A stretch of 64,000 bases of DNA from Salpingoeca rosetta (lineage: Eukaryota > Protista > Choanoflagellata), in assembly GCA_033442325.1 (NCBI GenBank), contig JAWQFM010000012.1, positions 498,122 to 562,121 on the forward strand, read 5' to 3'. Below, one piece after another: positions 1 through 15,815 of the stretch (position 1 is the first letter of the stretch; each line of letters opens with the position of its first letter). The notes beneath the pieces were generated by a model. It was not told the DNA's origin. It saw only the letters and a program-made list of their open reading frames with translations, and ran no database searches. A program made the translations under genes and the position numbers.

Positions 1-1175
1 ACCATCACAAACAAATGGCTCGGCTTCTCATCGTCATCGTCATCGTCATCACGACCGCCATCGCCATCATCACGACCGCCATCGCCGTCGTCCTTGTCGT
101 TCGTCTTGAACTTCTTCAAACCCTCTGTGATCACGTGGAACGGCAGCGCTGTGACGATGTTGAACATGTTCATGATGTACACATAAAGCTCGTGCGTTAA
201 GTGCACATACAGCTGGTCCGCAATCTCCAGCAGCAGGTAGCTTGCCGTATCGTCCTCGCGTGTGCGCACGATAATGGACGTGTGGTTCAGCACCCGCGCC
301 TTCTCGGAACAGCGGCCATCCTTGCTCTCGTTCACAACAGCAGTCAGACCATCCACCGTGATGTACATTCCTGCTGCCGCATCCATGTCGCGTTCGTCGC
401 CATCACCACTGTCGCCATCGCCGCCGCCATCCCGCCCGCTCAGATCAACACCTTCGTAGTCGGGGTTGGTGTTGCGCAGCACAGGGTCCTGCACCAGGCC
501 AGCAATTTCCGTGACGGGCGGGAGGAACTGTGTTCCACCTTCCGATTCGGGAAAGGCGTGCGCGCGCCTGTATAGCCAGCCGTTGTAGAAGTGTGACGTG
601 CGCAGCAGGGTGTTGGCGTTCTTGCACGCGGTCGGGGTGTTGGTGAGCGTGACAGAGTCGATGGTTGCTGTGAGGAAGATGCTGCGATCGGGCTCCTTCA
701 TGGTGGCGAGAACAGGCGGAAGCTGCACCTCGAGGTTACGGCACTGCACCATCAGTGACGCCGGCAGCGTGCTGGCTCGACTCTCGCTGTCACCGCCATC
801 ATCATCATCGCCGTCATGACCCCCAGCTGTTGGGGCTGAGGTGCCCCCCTTCTTGCCTGCTGTTGCTGTTGCTGCTTTCGCGGATGCTGTCTTTGCCGTT
901 GCGGGGCTGAGCACGGGATCAAGAGACTCCACGAGGAAGCGGCCAACCTCAAACCCAGCAGCAATGTCCGCTGTCACCTTCATGTTGCACACCTGCACGA
1001 AGCGCTGGGCGGGTGGCAGGCGGAAGTCGGGGTGTGGTTCGCCAATCAGCAGACGTGCGGCTGCTGGGGGCTCCGAGAAGGACGCAAGCGCAATCATGAT
1101 CATTGGCTGGGCGCTGCCTTCCTCTGTTGGCTGCAGGAGAATCACGCGCGGTCGCGGACCAGCCGACGCCGCAGC

Positions 1176-1211
<36 letters not shown>

Positions 1212-2196
1212 GACGCGCTTGAGTGGGGATGCGTCGACCACCATAAGAAGGCGACGGACCATGAGCGATGTTGATGACACGCGGACGTGGTCCAGGTTGT
1301 CGTAGATGTCCGCTGGCGTGAGGTGCTCGGCCCACGTCGTGTGCGCCTGCCAGAACGAGTCGAGGGCTTCCGTGTGTGGCACGCGCGCACCAAAGGCGTG
1401 CTTGTAGTAGTGGTGTAGGACAATGTTGTTGACGGTGACCGTCATGAGGAGGTGGCGGTGCTGGTTCGCTTTGAGCAAGGCGGCCTGTTCTTCCGGTGTT
1501 CCCTCCAGCTTTGAGAGCCGCAGCAACACCTTTTCCACGTGCACGTGCAAGCTGTTGACCTTCTCTGGCAGCAAGTCGTTGAAGCTTTTGTACAGGACAA
1601 ATCCTCCGGCACTGCCGCTGCTGGCCTTGCGCAACGCCTTCTTCTTCTGAAGACGCTTCTTCCTGTGCTTTCGCCACTGTTTGATCTTTCGCAACCGGTC
1701 ATTCTTCTTCTTTTTCTTCTTGTTTGCTGTCTTGTCATCACCATCATCACCACCATCACCTTCCTCGTCTTCGTCCGGAATCCCTTCCATCACATCCGCC
1801 CCATCGTCACCACCATCACCATCCTCATCGTCGTCGTCGTCACCGTCATCGTCAACGATCTTCTGCTTGTGGATGTGGTCAAACCACTGTTCGAGCAGTG
1901 CCGGCATGGTGGAGCCAATGCTCACAAGAAACGCCTCCAAGCACCGCAGCTGTCCGCGCGTCAGCGTCAGGTGAAGCGTGTTCAACAGGAATTGCAGATG
2001 GATGGACGAGATCTGTGTTGGAGTTTGGGGCAGGGGGGGGGGAGTTGTGAAGGGAAATGTGAGTAAATGGGCAGATGATGCATAAGAATAGGGGTGTGAA
2101 CATGTGGATGGGTGTGCATGGGCAATGGGCATAGGGAGTGCAGGCTGTAGTTGTGTCGGGGAGGGGAGAGGAGAGGGCGTGGATACAAATTTGCGA

Positions 2197-2267
<71 letters not shown>

Positions 2268-3863
2268 CGTCGACAAGTCACACGTCTGGCAGCACGGTGG
2301 GGTTGTGTTCGGCTGCTCACCGTGGCGGTGTCTGTGATTGGCTTGTCAATGGCGACGCGGAGTGTTGGCAGATCGAGCCGGAAGGTGAACGGCTCCAGCG
2401 TCTTCTGCAGAGACGACGGCGGTGATAGTGGTGGTGGGAGATGGTGGATGATGGTGAGGAGGGGGAGAGATGAGGTGAGTGACCGCGCACAAACATGCAT
2501 GCGCACAGTGACACAGACAGTCGCAGACACGCGTGTGCACAGAGCAAGGACGAACGTCAGCGGAGATCATTGCGAGCTTGATCTGGATGTTTTCGATGGT
2601 GGCCTGCTTGAACAAGTGGATGAGGCCGGACGCCTTGTCCATGATACGCGTCTCCTTCAGTGACGAGGGCGACTATACAGCAAAGGCGAACCAGAAACAG
2701 GGCACACAGGACATGGCGATACAACACGAATTGTCAGCAGGGCGCGGGAGTCATCACAGTGTTGCACACAGACACACAGACACACAGACACACACAAACA
2801 AACAAACAAACACACACACACACCTTCCAGTAGGGTGTTGGACTTTCAAGGACGAATCCATCGAGTCGCAGCTCCGCTGTGAAATCGGGGCCTTTCAGCT
2901 CAACATTCACACAGTCCACAGTGACCTTCACCCCATCGATGATCTGCGAGGGAGAAAGATGTGGTGGTCAAGCATAGATGTTGTGTGAAAGGATGAAAAC
3001 GGTGAAAAAAAAGCGAGGTAAACAGCGTGAAGCAGCACGCAACTGTGTGTGTGTGTGTGTATGTGTGTGTGTGTGTCTGTCAAGCCTGCCTGTCAAGCCT
3101 GCCTGTCAAGCCTGCCAGTTAACTCTGCCAGACAAGCTTGTTTGTTTTCGTGCGTGCGTGTCAGCCCTCAACAGCTGTGTGCATTGTTTCATGGTGACCA
3201 CGTACCGAGTCAATGAGGCCGTACTTGCCGCCAATGCCAAACTTTGGGTCCTGCTCAGACTTGCTGGAGGACTTGGACTTGCTTTCTTGCTTCTTCTGCG
3301 GCTTGGGATCGGGCAAGTGCGTGCGAGTTGGATCATACACGACAACGAGGTTGATCTTCGAGATCATGACCTTGACTGGTTTCTTCTTCAGCTTGGTCCA
3401 TGGGATCTTGAGCCCGAAACTGTCGCAGCTCACCGTCTCCACGATGAGCCACGGCGGGAGTGCGTCCTGGATCAGCGCCCTGTTCAACTCTGTTCAGCAA
3501 GTAATTCCCAACATGTGTGAGAGGGTGCCAACACAGTGGGTGCATGCAGGTGCACATGCGTTGCTGTGCTGTGCTGTGGTTGGATGTGGCATCTTTGTAG
3601 CAGTGGCACAAGCGAACCCACTGGCCGGATCCCATACACAACACACGCAAATACACAACACAAACACACGCACACACGCACGCAAACACACACACACACA
3701 CACACGCACAGCACGCACAGCACAATGCAACACAAGCGAACGCACTGATATCACGGAGACCGCCTTTGCCCTTGAGAAACGACAAGGAAAAGTCGTCTGC
3801 CGTCATGTCCTCAAACAGCGGTGCCAGCTTCTTTGCCAGCGTCTTCTTGATCAAGGACGTCAT
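1..3863 (-). CDS. BLTP3: Bridge-like lipid transfer protein 3 (UHRF1BP1/SHIP164-like, chorein-N); multi-exon, 3' end runs off the window
   Basis: Spliced N-terminus MTSLIKKTLAKKLAPLFEDMTADDFSLSFLKGKGGLRDI|KLNRALIQDALPPWLIVETVSCDSFGLKIPWTKLKKKPV resembles the UHRF1BP1L chorein-N start (IIKKQILK..LSTLKGEG..IPWTKLK). GT-AG exons at 3746-3863, 3206-3489, 2824-2943, two short exons at about 2320-2680, then a long open exon from about 2012 to position 1. Confidence 0.85.
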
Positions 3864-3981
3864 GATTGTCTGTGGGTGGCTTGCTTGTTTGCTTGTTGGG
3901 TGAGGTGTGGGCGCGCTGATTTGGATGTGGTTGTGGAGAAGTGGCGAAAGATTTTCGTACATTTTCGGGGGATCGCGGAGG

Positions 3982-5922
3982 ATGATGACCTTCTTGGCTG
4001 TCCTGTTGTTGTTGCTGTTGGTGGTGGTGTGTGCGAGCAGCACCACTGGAAGCGATGACGGAGGAGCTGGGGAGGAAACCGTGTTTGAGCTCACACCAGA
4101 GACTGCGACACCATCAAGAGTGGAAGAACTCGTCCACCAAGGGATTCCATTCGTCATTCGAGGTGTGGGTTTGTGTGCTGGTTTGTTTTGTTTGTGTTTG
4201 CATGTGTTGTATCATTTATCCCTTCATTTCAGTGACAGAACTCATTTGGCACGTTGCTTATACTGTGATACGTCAGGTGAGGCCTCCACTTGGCCAGCTG
4301 TAGGGAAATGGAACCTTGCGTGGCTGAAAGCCAAGTTTGGAAGACAGGTTCGCGCGCGTGTGTGTGTGTGTATGCGTGCGTGTGTGTGTGTATGCGTGCG
4401 TGTGCGTGTGTGTGTGTGCATGCGCGTGTGCGCGTGCTTGCGTGTGCGTGTGTGTGTGTGTGCATATGCGCGTGTGTGCATATGCGCGTGTGCGTGCGTA
4501 CGTTTGCTTCCGACATATGAGCGAGGGCGCAGGGACAGCGTGGTGTTGGTAAGCGCGCTCTCATCAAAAGTGGACCGTCGCACGCGTCGATACAGGTGAA
4601 GAACCGGCACCCAGATCGAGGGGAGGCGCTGTTCGACGGGGATGGGACATTCGCTGGCTACTTTGACGTGAGCGACGAGGAGTGGGAGGCGTTCCTTGAG
4701 GCCTTTGAGGCCGAGGACGCGGGCCAGCCCAACATCGCCTGGCAGGTGAGTCTGCGACTGACGAGTGATACAAAGCGGTCATGGCGTTTGGGAGGAGAAG
4801 GCTTGGAATTGCATGGCATGCGTTCAAGCAAGGGGAGAAAAGGGCCATTGCCACTGCATGCCTAGCAAGACAGGAAGCCTGACAGAGACATCACACAACA
4901 ACACAACAACACCATGTTCCGTGTGTTGGTGTCACTGCGATGCTTTTCAGTGCCGCAATGCATCCGCGTCGGAGCAGCTGCGTGAAGACTACAAGCTGCC
5001 GCGCCCACTCGCTGGTCTTGGCCAGGATGCGGGCGACTATGTGAGCGAGCACGGGGCACGGGAAACGCTGTTTTTCGCACTGGAGAAAGGGGAGGGGCGC
5101 GAGCCTCATATTGACTACAGCTGCAACAGCGCGTGGAGTGCACAGATCCAGGGCGAAAAGGAATGGAGATTATGGCCACCTGACCACTGCCAGAGTAAGT
5201 ATCCTAGTCCGTCGCACGCGCACCCGATGTACTCTTGTCTATGAGCAGCCGCTGTACAATTTGCGCTTCCTGTTCTCGGTGTGCTTGTTGTTTCTGCGCC
5301 TGCATCTGTCACACAACTCATCCTTTTCTCCCTGATCCCTTCACTTTGCTGCCCCCTTCACCAACACCACCAACACCACCAACGTCCAACGTCCAACGTC
5401 CAACCAACCCACCAGATCATTTGTTTACGGAGGGCCAGGCGGAGGATGCGCCCGCGTGCACGCGGGCGCAGCCATTGCGGGTTGTGCTACGGCCTGGCGA
5501 TGTGCTGTTCTGGTACCCCGGCTGGATGCACGCCACACGGGCAATTGCTGCGCCAAGCCTTGGCCTCTCGCGCGAGTTCTTCACGCCGCTGCCGCGCGTC
5601 ATGCTGGCAGAGCACGATGCGATCTACAGAGCGCACAGCGCCGCGCGCGCCAGCTACACCCGCTGCTTCAAGGTGCATGTGTTTGTGTGTGTCTTGTGTG
5701 TCTTGTGTGTGTGTGTGTGCGTGTTTGTGCGTACGTGTCGCTGTGCCTATGTGCTTGTGTGAGTGTTCTTTGGAGGCGACGGTGTATGGAGAGCGATAAT
5801 CCTGCGACATACACTCACACCCATGCTCATGTAATGATCCACTGCCACAGTTGTGGCACGATGCAAGCGGCAAGTACGCTGGCGAACAGGCGAGCGAGAA
5901 TGACAGGAAAGGACACAACTAG
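3982..5922 (+). CDS. Signal-peptide-bearing JmjC/cupin 2-oxoglutarate-Fe(II) oxygenase (JMJD8-like); multi-exon
   Basis: Signal peptide [71 protein letters not shown] and [18 protein letters not shown] supply the HxD...H metal triad. Last exon 5851-5922 is inferred. Confidence 0.8.
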
Positions 5923-6086
5923 CGTACATGCATGACACGTATGCATGCGTTCATGTGTACGTGTTCATGTGTGAGTGAATGTTGCATATTTGCTCTTGGC
6001 TCAGGACAATGTGGACGGTTACGTTTAATGTATTGGTTTTGGGGGTTGGGGTTGGAGGGCAACATTAAACAACTGCCACGATTGTA

Positions 6087-9574
<3,488 letters not shown>

Positions 9575-9915
9575 GGCTGCTTATTTGCAGTAGCTTGCAG
9601 CAGTTGCTTGTTTGCAGTCAGGTAAGGTGTGTGTACTGTGCAGTTGCGTGTTCGTTGCGTATTCGTTGTGGAGTGTTTGCAGAGCAAGAGAGAGAGAAGG
9701 AGAGAGGGTGTGACACTGCTGTGATGCGAACGAGTGCATGCGACCTTCAAGAGTGTTGAGTGTTCATGAGCGCGTGAGTGGGGAGTGTGGAGTGTGGAAT
9801 GTGAGCAGCAAGCCGCGACCGGCAAGTGCTTTGTCAGACAAGAAGTGAAGCAAGGAAAGAAGGAAAGCAGAGCAGCGAGCGAGGAAAAGAAAACAGAGGA
9901 GCAACGGAACATGGG

Positions 9916-9940
9916 AAAAAAAAAGCAAAAGAAAAAAAAG
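9916..9940 (-). terminator. Pol III oligo-T terminator of tRNA-Arg
   Basis: Long T runs (A runs on the + strand) immediately 3' of the tRNA. Confidence 0.75.
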
Positions 9941-9943
9941 ATG

Positions 9944-10017
9944 TGACCATGCAGGGACTCGAACCCCGAATCTCCTGATCCGTAGTCAGGCGCCTTATCC
10001 AATTGGGCCACACGGCC
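9944..10017 (-). tRNA. tRNA-Arg (anticodon ACG)
   Basis: GGCCGTG TG GCCC AATTGGATA AGGC G CCTGA CTACGGA TCAGG AGATT CGGGG TTCGAGT CCCTG CATGGTC A folds as a cloverleaf with no intron. Confidence 0.97.
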
Positions 10018-10481
10018 ATCTCAATTGCTTCTGCACGAAATTTTGCCTCATACAAAATACACCCCGCCCCAACAACAACAACACAACACCACAACACACA
10101 GCAACGTCTTCTCTCTCGTGCTGCACAACAAGCCAGTGCACAGCACCCCCTCACCCCAAGCAGCACAGCAGCAAGCAACAGAGACAGGCAGTGCGTAGTG
10201 TCACTCTGCGCTCCTGTCACTCAAGCACTCACCACACCACAAGACGAGACAGAGGCACAACAGCGTGACAGCGCAACAGAGAGCACACAAACAAGGACAC
10301 GAAGCAACAGCCGAGCCACTTTGAACCACTGAACGATCCGCCTCTGCTCATCCAGTCATCCACACACCTACTCACACGTAAGCGCGTACACATCACAACA
10401 AGCCAACAGCACAACGTCGAAGCATCGAAGCGAACTTAGAAGCAAAGACAGGAGAGAAGACAGATAGATAGGTAGGAGAGG

Positions 10482-10983
10482 ATGAATGCGAGCAGCAGCG
10501 GCAGCGGCAGCGGTGGCGGCAGCGGCAGCGCCCTCGCCAGCAGAACCGCCGCCCTTGGTGTCACCGCTGGCCACCACCAAGTGCACGAGGATGAGGACCA
10601 GCAGCACGAGGACGACCCCATCCTGCTCGAGCTGTCGCAGCTCTCCCAGCAACGGTGAGAATGAGAGGCGCGGGGGCAGGGGATCAGGGGAATTGGTGAC
10701 TGGTGCCCGGAACATCTCAAACAGCCAAACAGCAAGCACAGCAAGCACAGCAAGGACAGCACCACACACCCTCTATCCTCAATCCTCTCAATCCACAACA
10801 AGAGACCCAGAGACCAGCACTCGATCTAGCTCACAACTCAACCACTGCACTGCAAGCACTGCGCACCACCGCCACCAACACGTCAAGTCAATCAATCCAG
10901 CTGTCACCTTTCCTTTGTTCCAGCAGATAATGGGCTTGCTGGCCATAACGTGCAGTGCACCAGTTGCCACCCATCTTCGTGGC

Positions 10984-11014
<31 letters not shown>

Positions 11015-11570
11015 GCACCCTCTTCCACGCCGACGTGAATTGAAGCGTTGATAACATCCAAAGTCCCGTAGTGTGTTGGTGTTGTTGTTCTTGTCACCGC
11101 TCATCCGTCTACCCGCACAACACACACACACACACATGTGCACATGTACACCGCACACATATGCACACGCCTGCACACAGGGCGGCTGATCTGGCCCAGT
11201 TTCGATACACGCGCCAAACGCTCGAAGCTGGTGAGAGGAGGGGATGAAATTGTCGTTGGAATGGCGTGTGCACCAACAGAACACCGTCTCGGTAACATGG
11301 CAACGATGAAATGCACTGCAATGCACGCAACATCGCCCTCCTCCACCACAGCTCCAACTCATCATGCTGGATACAATTTGCTTGGTTGCCTCCACATTGA
11401 TATTTGCGCTTCATGGTCGAGCATTTATTGGTGGCAGCGGCCTTGGTGTCAGGTCAGTGATCGAGACCACGATACCGGCAAGGAGTGAGGGACACTCACA
11501 ACGCACAGAAACAGACGAACAGCAAGATACAGAGACACCAACAAAAAGAGGGTCAGCGGCGCAATTGTAA
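10482..11570 (+). CDS. Hypothetical small membrane protein; exon structure uncertain
   Basis: ATG exon MNASSSGSGSGGG..EDEDQQHEDDPILLELSQLSQQR ending at a GTGAGA donor (10655). Downstream segments GRLIWPSFDTRAKRSKL|LQLIMLDTICLVASTLIFALHGRAFIGG; only a weak resemblance to DUF1746. Confidence 0.35.
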
Positions 11571-11755
11571 CGGGTGCTCTTCAGCCATGAATGAGGGACA
11601 AGGTAACAACGCGCGTGCGAACCTCAGTAGCTCACTTGGACACGCGGAAAACAGACGCGCTCGAACGAACGAACGCGCGTGCATGCAGGCAAGCTGCCTC
11701 GCAGCCAAATAACAACAGTGCCGGATTTCTTCATCGGCGGTGGCAGAATTGAGCC

Positions 11756-12172
11756 TTAGTTGGAGATGGCGACCTGGGTCTTGGCCTTCTTGGCGCTCTG
11801 GGGTGGCTTGGGCACCTCGATGCGCAGCTGGCCGTTGTCGAACTTGGCCTTGACCTTGCTAGCGTCGACGCCCTCCGGGAGGCCGAAGCTGCGCTTGAAG
11901 GAGCCGTAGTGGCGCTCCACGCGGTGCACCTTGTCGTCCTTCTCCTCGTGCTTGCTCTTGCGCTCGCCGGAGACGGTGAGGACGTCGTTCTCCACCTCAA
12001 TCTTGACGTCGTCCTTGGACATGCCGGGCGTGTCCATGGTGAAGATGTGGGCGTCCTTGCTCTCCACAATGTCGCAGGAGCCGAGCATGTTGAAGCGCTT
12101 CTGCTCCTCGCCACGGAAAGGGAACATGTCCCAGCTGTCGAAGAAGGGATCGCGGTACAGGGAAAGGCTCAT
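11756..12172 (-). CDS. HSP20: Small heat-shock protein (HSP20/alpha-crystallin domain), intronless, 138 aa
   Basis: CDIVESKDAHIFTMDTPGMSKDDVKIEVENDVLTVSGERK..HRVERHYGSFKRSFGLPEGVDASKVKAKFDNGQLRIEVPK, with a C-terminal V-x-I motif. Confidence 0.95.
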   Translation of the reverse strand: MSLSLYRDPFFDSWDMFPFRGEEQKRFNMLGSCDIVESKDAHIFTMDTPGMSKDDVKIEVENDVLTVSGERKSKHEEKDDKVHRVERHYGSFKRSFGLPEGVDASKVKAKFDNGQLRIEVPKPPQSAKKAKTQVAISN

Positions 12173-13459
12173 CTTGGCGGTGGTGGCGGCTTGAGAGACT
12201 TGAGTGCCTGAGGGTACAAGGGTACTTACTGGTTGGCTTGGCTTGGCTTGGCTTGGCTTGGCTTCACTTGATGGGTCGATGAGAAAATGAACCACCTGCC
12301 ACGATCGGCTTCACTTCAACCGGCGACACTGCGCGGACTTCTTCCTCTTGTTCCGTGGGTGGTGCAGAAGCAACATGGTGGTGGTTGTTGCCGATGTTTG
12401 ATGCAGAAGCGACACCCGCAACGCCTTGATATGATGTGACATCCAGCAACATGAAGAAGTAACCAGAAACCAGAACACAACAGAAAGGTAATGCAAGCCC
12501 TTCGAATGAATGGCAAGTGCGAGCTGGCGAGGGAACGCACTGAAACAGTGCAGAAGCAACGTGCTGTCAATGTTGCCCTTTCCAATCTCAAACAACACAC
12601 AGCCTACTCCCCATCAACAACACCTCGCTTGCAACGTCTCAACACTCAACAAACAAGCCACTGCTGCGCACTGGCTTTCTGTCAGCGAAATTGCTGGGAA
12701 GATTTCGTTGGTGATGCAATCTCACAACGGGGAAGAGGATCAAGCAAGAAGCAAGCAAGCAAGAAGGCGTTTGATTGGGGCACGAAGAAGAATGACGAAT
12801 AAACGAACAGCAACGAGGCTGCGAGGAGGACTTAGCAGGAGCGCATGTTCGATGGACCGAAATGCGGCGAAGCAGGCGATGCACTGGATGACGTGTTTGC
12901 GTGCTGGCTTTGTTTCGAGGAGCATGGCTTCAAGCAAGGGGGAAGGAATACCAGGAGAGTGAGGCAGTTGACCGAGGTGACGAGGGTGTGGTGTGGATGC
13001 CTCGCTCAAAGGAAGATGTGGGTAGCGATGGAACTGTTTATGGAAGGAAGGGCATCGGTGCGAAGACAGGGGCGTGTGTATGGGATGGAAAAAGCAAGAG
13101 GCGCGTGAGGCGTTGTGAGGAGGAGTGTGCAGAGCACAAGCAGGGAATCGTGTATAACACACATCGCACACATCACAGCAAGAACGCAGAACGCAGAGAG
13201 AGAAGGAGGCAGTGACAGTGACGTGACAAGCAAAGAAGAGGAGGGAGGGGAAGCAGGGCAAAGCAAACGCCGTGCAGACTTGAAAAAGAGCACGCACACC
13301 AAGGTGCAGCCAACAAAAGGCAAGTGAGCACACAAGCAAGCAAGCAAACAGAACATGCAAGACATGCAGCTGCGCTGGTCAACCTGGAGCTGGAACACTG
13401 GAGTGATCCCTCCACCACCTCTTCCGCAATCATCGCTACACCCCCCCCCTCTCAATGAC

Positions 13460-14259
13460 TCACTCATCGTCCCTCTGCAGCTCCTGCAGCTCGCGCAGGC
13501 GCAGCATCTCCACGATCGCGGCGCAGGACCGGCAGTTGCACCGCGTGGACGGCAGCATGGGCGGCTCCCCGCGCCGTGGCGTGACGGGCGTGTTGGGTGG
13601 CGCGCGCGTGCCTCCCCCAACCACCACCATGCCGCCCGTGTACTCGTGGCCGTCAATCTCAGTCCGGTTCCACACCTCGTGCAGGCGATTGGCATCACCA
13701 TCGTCGCTGTTGTTGGTGCTTGGGGCGCGGTTACGGCGAACAATGGCGCGCACGGCAGAGCCGACAATGCGCAGGGCGCTGCTCACGCGCCGCACAATCG
13801 CCGAGCTGCGACGACGGCGCGGGCGGGGGCCAGCAGGAGCAGGTGCACCCGTTTCCTCGTCACGGCGGGTCACGGCAAGGAGATCCGTGTCTGTGACGCG
13901 GCAGGAGCGGCGGCCACCACCACGGGCAGCAGCGGGGCTGGACTCGGTGGCCGGGAGCGAGGGGCGGCGGCGGCGGCGCCTGGGCAAACGAAGCACGTTG
14001 TGCCAGGGGCCTGCAGGCATGCATTCATGCGAAGCAGCACAAGAGGAGGGGGAGAGTAATTGAGGGAGGGTGTGGAATGGATACATGCGTGCATGCATGC
14101 ATGCAACAGCGAGAAGGCAGTAGCGGAATGAGACGTTGAATAAGCGATCGCGCACATGAATACATGCATACATGAGTGCCCAGCATGGGTGTGTGTGAGT
14201 GCGTCTGTGTGTATGTGTATGTGCAGATTCAGTGCGAAGTGCAGTGCATCATACGCATC

Positions 14260-14336
<77 letters not shown>

Positions 14337-14470
14337 AAACAGCCCCACCTTGCTGGCGGTCCTGGGTGCGTGCATGTACTCCTTTGGCTGGCTTGTCGCT
14401 GCGCGGGGCAATGCTGACACCCGTGCTCACCGTCAGGTCGACGGGGAAGGAGGAGGAGAGCTCTGGTGCA
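13460..14470 (-). CDS. Hypothetical protein (probable internal exons; boundaries uncertain)
   Basis: GC-rich, non-repetitive open frame 13460-14060 (RRRSSAIVRRVSSALRIVGSAVRAIVRR..RCNCRSCAAIVEMLRLRELQEL). Separated by a (GT)n intron from another exon at about 14348-14465. Confidence 0.35.
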
Positions 14471-15042
14471 GGTGCAGGTGGTGATGGTGTGGGTATGGCC
14501 GTTGTGATGATGATGGTGGGTGGCGAGGATGGATATGATGGGCACAACAAAGCGAGATTGTGATCGCAAGCAAGCAAGGATGTGTGAATGAAGGAAGAGA
14601 AGAAAGTGGTGCAAATGTACAGAGCACACACGCACACGCACGCATGCAACGATGCACACACGCCAGCAAGCGCATGCACAGATGGCAACACACCGTCAAC
14701 GGTGCAAGACATGCTTGGTTTGCTCGCTTCTTGGTGGAGATGGGAAGGGGTGAACGTGCCAGCAGGTGCGAGAGAGCGGTGTCAGATGTGTGGGTGTGCG
14801 GCAAGAGAAGAAAATGACCGTTGCGATGGGGAGGAAGAAGTAATACAGCAATGTAGCACGCCAGCCATACCCAAGCAGCCGCAGATAACGACAACAACAC
14901 ATAATAATAATATTTCGACAACACAAACAACGGCTGCGGCGCTGGCTTGCAAGCACAAAGAGAGTCAGAAGAGACGTGGGGGCGAGTGAAGGAGAATAGT
15001 CAAGTTGAGGACAGGGGGAGAGGAGGGCAGGAGAGGGGGAGA

Positions 15043-15081
<39 letters not shown>

Positions 15082-15771
15082 GGCAATAGTGCAAGAGACA
15101 GACATGACAAACTTGAATTTGGCGGCTGAATGAGGCGTTAACGGTTGGGGCTGCGGCCGAAAGAAGGAAGAAGGAAGGAAGAAGAACGAGGAGACGAGAA
15201 GAAGGAAGGACGAACACGTGCATACGAACACGTGTACACATGGGCGTGCTTGCGCCTGTGCGCGTGTGGACAGCAAGTTATCGGCAGGAAGGCGGGCAAC
15301 GTTGAAAGAACGATGAGGAAGGACGGGAAAAGTGTCACAGCAAAAGAGAAGAGCTGACAAACAGCACATCCAGTCATTGGTCAAATGACATTGGCGGGAA
15401 TGGCGATGTGCATGTGCAGGGCCGCCACAAGTGCACCAGATGGGACAGCACGCATCACACGCATCATCGCCATGGATGCTGGTGCTGGTGGTGGGGGGAA
15501 GCGCAAATTGAGCAGGATGTCGGGGGATGTCTCACACCACACGTACACGAGCCCGCAAATTGCTCTGTGTGTGCATGTTTGTGTGATGCGAGTACGAGTG
15601 TGGTGTGAAATAGAAAGAAAGAAAGAAAGTGAGAAGCGGCAACCAAAGGAGAGCGTACAAGTGTGCTCGAAACAGACACACAATGTCTGAGGGACCACCG
15701 CCACCAAAACTATGGAATCCACAGCAGCATTGAGGAACCGCAAGTACACACACACAGACATGGACCGACAG

Positions 15772-15815
<44 letters not shown>

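Noticed and set aside
12270-12600. Heat-shock element upstream of HSP20
   Set aside because: Only scattered GAA words; I could not find a convincing nGAAnnTTCnnGAAn array.
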